In this document: piece after piece, positions 61,740 to 64,000 of the stretch
Position numbering within the stretch: position 1 is the first letter of the stretch
How the letters are laid out: the number at the start of each line of letters is the position of its first letter
Assembly: GCA_964384595.1 (NCBI GenBank)
Contig: CAYLLY010000002.1
Span: forward strand, 16,248-80,247
DNA length: 64,000 nucleotides
Source of the DNA: an uncultured Nitrospirales bacterium
Lineage (GTDB): Bacteria; Nitrospirota; Nitrospiria; Nitrospirales; NS-4
Direction of reading: 5' to 3'
Program-made: the position numbers and the translations under genes
The notes under the pieces: generated by a model
Databases searched by the model: none
Seen by the model: the letters and a program-made list of their open reading frames with translations, nothing else
What the model was told of the DNA's origin: nothing

Positions 61740-64000
61740 TGGACGGACCAGGTCACGGGATCGGGTACCGGACAGGGTGGCGCACGTGGCTCCCCGCAAC
61801 CGCGCTCGTCAGTCTCACGCTTGCCTTCTACCACGGACTCTGGCTGCCCGGCCTCGTGCTGATCAAACGCGATGCGTTCCGGTTTCACCTTCCAATCAAG
61901 CAGTACCTGATCGAGCAGCTCTCGGCCGGCGAGTTGCCGCAGTGGTTCCCCTATGAAGCACTGGGCCGTCCGTTCATCGGGGGAACCCACACGGGCGTCT
62001 TCCACCCGTTCACCGTGCTCTATTTCCTTCTCCCCGTCCCTGATGCGTATCGCGCCTCGACGCTGATCTCCTACCTGCTGGGGGCGCTAGGCGCCTATAT
62101 GCTGGGGCGTGTGCTGCACCTGTCGCGCCCAGGGGCGCTGATCGCCGGCATCGCCTTCACACTTTCAGGGTACGTCGTGTCGATGACCGACAACATTGTC
62201 TACCTGTACTCCATCTGCGCACTACCGCTCTTTTGCGCCGCGCTCGAGAAGGCCCTCCTCGACCGGCGCGCATGGGTCATCGCACCCGCGGCCGTCTGGG
62301 CCACGGTCTTTCTGAACGGCGACGTCCAAACGGGGTACTACTACATCTTTATTGCCGTGGCCTGGACCCTCGCACGCGCTCCCGGTTCCCGCCTGGAAGC
62401 AGTCCGACGACTGGCTCTAGCCGGCGTCCTGGCGGCGCTCCTTGCAGGCATCCAGCTCGGCCCGGCATGGGCGGTCTTTGCAAGCAGCGACCGCACGCAG
62501 CCCGCGCTCTTTCGAGAGCAGGCCCTGCATTGGTCCACCCATCCGCTGCGGTTGGTGACCATGCTGGCCTCACCGGTCGGCCAGTACAAGGACCTCCCTG
62601 CTATCGGACGGTTCTTCTTCGGCAACCCCCTGCGCCCTTGGAGCGTATGGGCGGAGAGCCTCTACCTGGGCGTGCCCGTCGTGGGTCTGGCGTTCCTCGG
62701 CGCGTGGCGGCGCCACGATCTGCGGGTGTTTGCCTTGCTGGGAATGCTCGCACTGGTGCTCACGCTCGGCCGGTACGGAGGGCTCTACGAACTCTTTTAT
62801 CAGGTGGTGCCGCTCTGGTCGGCGTTCCGGTACCCCGAGAAGCTCATGGGCGTCGTTTCGTTCGCCGTCGCGATGCTCGCGGGCGCAGGGCTCGATGTCC
62901 TGCGGACCGGAAGTCCGCGACCGACAGCCTGGCTTGTAACGGCGGCGGTCTGCGCCGGCACCTGGATGGGCCTTCGCACCGACGCAGCCGGCGTGTGGGC
63001 GGCAGCAAGCTTCGGGGCGCCTGAGACCCTGGCCCGTTCAGTGACGGAATCGGCCGCGCATGCCTGTCTTTTCAGCTCGGCTGCGTCGCTGGGCATATGG
63101 CTGGCCGTCTTCGGCGCCCGTCATGAACGGCTCCGGGGCGCCTGGCTTGCCGTGACCATCGTGGCGATCGCGACGCTCGACCTGGCCCGGGCGAACTTCG
63201 CCGCGTACCACACAGGGCCCGCGGAAGCCGCCACGTTTACCCCACCGCTTGCCCAGGCGATTGCCGGCCGTGAAGGAACATTGGATCCCGGCCGGTTCCG
63301 CCTGATCTCGCTCCGTGATTCCCAATACATCGCGCCGGAAGACATCGGCCGTCTCTATGGCCACGATGTGCAAGCAATCGAGCGCCGGCAGGCCCTCGGC
63401 ATGACACACAATGCCGAATTTCACATCGAGACAGTCTATTATTATCTCCCCGGGCTCAACGCAGCCTTGCCGCCGAACTTAGGGCTGGAGGCGGCAGCTC
63501 GGTTCAACGTAGCCTATTATATTGGTCACAGAGACCACTTCCGGAATCAGCGGTTTGACGGCGCCTTCATCGCCGAGCTCCCCGACTACGGCCTGGCACT
63601 GTTCCGAAACCCCGTGCAGGCCAAGCCGCGCGCGTATCTCTCATTGCGCCCGGAGCCCGCGACTGCGCCGGTGGATCTTCAGGGCCTACTCCTCCGGCCC
63701 GATTTCCTGAACGGCCAGGTGGACATGATCGAGACGTCGGCCGAGACCCTGCCGGGCCCCGCGACCGGCGGCACGGCCCTGATCGAACGGTATGCGCCGG
63801 AAGAAGTCCGGGTGCGCGTAGATACGCCGCAGCGGGCCGTGCTGATCCTGCTCGACGCCTTTTCTGCAGGCTGGACGGCCACACTCGACACCGGCGGCGA
63901 GGTCCCGATTCTGCGCGCCAACGTCCTGACGCGGGCTGTCGTCGTCCCGGCGGGCGCCCACACCATCACGTTTCGCTATGAGACGCCGCTGCTCAAGGCG
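61739..64000 (+). CDS. Large polytopic membrane protein, YfhO-like (GT-C-type); 3' end runs off the window
   Basis: Not in the ORF track because there is no stop inside the window. My translation from GTG 61739 stays open for 754 codons to 64000: ..WLPATALVSLTLAFYHGLWLPGLVLIKRDAFRFHLPIKQYLIEQLSAGELPQWFPYEALGRPFIGG... It has multiple TM helices and a C-terminal soluble part. The start overlaps the upstream TAG by 1 nt. Confidence 0.6.
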   Translation, partial: MDGPGHGIGYRTGWRTWLPATALVSLTLAFYHGLWLPGLVLIKRDAFRFHLPIKQYLIEQLSAGELPQWFPYEALGRPFIGGTHTGVFHPFTVLYFLLPVPDAYRASTLISYLLGALGAYMLGRVLHLSRPGALIAGIAFTLSGYVVSMTDNIVYLYSICALPLFCAALEKALLDRRAWVIAPAAVWATVFLNGDVQTGYYYIFIAVAWTLARAPGSRLEAVRRLALAGVLAALLAGIQLGPAWAVFASSDRTQPALFREQALHWSTHPLRLVTMLASPVGQYKDLPAIGRFFFGNPLRPWSVWAESLYLGVPVVGLAFLGAWRRHDLRVFALLGMLALVLTLGRYGGLYELFYQVVPLWSAFRYPEKLMGVVSFAVAMLAGAGLDVLRTGSPRPTAWLVTAAVCAGTWMGLRTDAAGVWAAASFGAPETLARSVTESAAHACLFSSAASLGIWLAVFGARHERLRGAWLAVTIVAIATLDLARANFAAYHTGPAEAATFTPPLAQAIAGREGTLDPGRFRLISLRDSQYIAPEDIGRLYGHDVQAIERRQALGMTHNAEFHIETVYYYLPGLNAALPPNLGLEAAARFNVAYYIGHRDHFRNQRFDGAFIAELPDYGLALFRNPVQAKPRAYLSLRPEPATAPVDLQGLLLRPDFLNGQVDMIETSAETLPGPATGGTALIERYAPEEVRVRVDTPQRAVLILLDAFSAGWTATLDTGGEVPILRANVLTRAVVVPAGAHTITFRYETPLLKA

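Overview
High-GC bacterial chromosomal window (hand counts of single 60-nt lines give 40-44 G+C of 60 in the flanks). 49 consecutive genes, from 58610 down to 1, lie on the minus strand. Positions 1 to about 45.5 kb form one very large, tightly packed cell-surface glycan locus. It contains a WecA/MraY-type initiating transferase and about 11 glycosyltransferases: GT2, several GT4/GT-B, one ArnT/PMT_2-like GT-C and one fused double GT. It also has two DegT-family aminotransferases, three SDR epimerase/dehydratases, WecB and seven SAM-methyltransferase domains, one apparently frameshifted. Further genes are four full-length AsnB-type glutamine amidotransferases, a radical SAM enzyme with a twitch/SPASM-type Cys motif, a 2OG-oxygenase-like protein, a membrane alkaline-phosphatase-superfamily transferase and a kinase-like/methyltransferase fusion. 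Export is by a Wzm/Wzt ABC transporter whose ATPase carries a C-terminal glycan-binding-type extension. The centre of the locus (about 24.9-35.5 kb and 39.6-43.2 kb) is visibly lower in G+C (25-31 of 60 per line) and is interrupted by a high-GC block, so the locus is compositionally mosaic. To the right lie an ABC-2 exporter module, a Wzy_C (O-antigen-ligase family) + TPR membrane protein, and two tandem type IV pilin genes, each preceded by a sigma-54 -24/-12 promoter. After a long TPR protein come housekeeping dnaB, hisZ, serA and a class V aminotransferase. The window ends with an MltD-like lytic transglycosylase, an anchored TPR protein, a methyltransferase and a YfhO-like membrane protein that runs off the window. 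I recognised no rRNA, tRNA, CRISPR array, transposase or integrase. The most interesting material is the accessory chemistry of the glycan locus and the pilin-linked Wzy_C/ABC module. All functional calls rest on motif recognition by eye, not on database searches.
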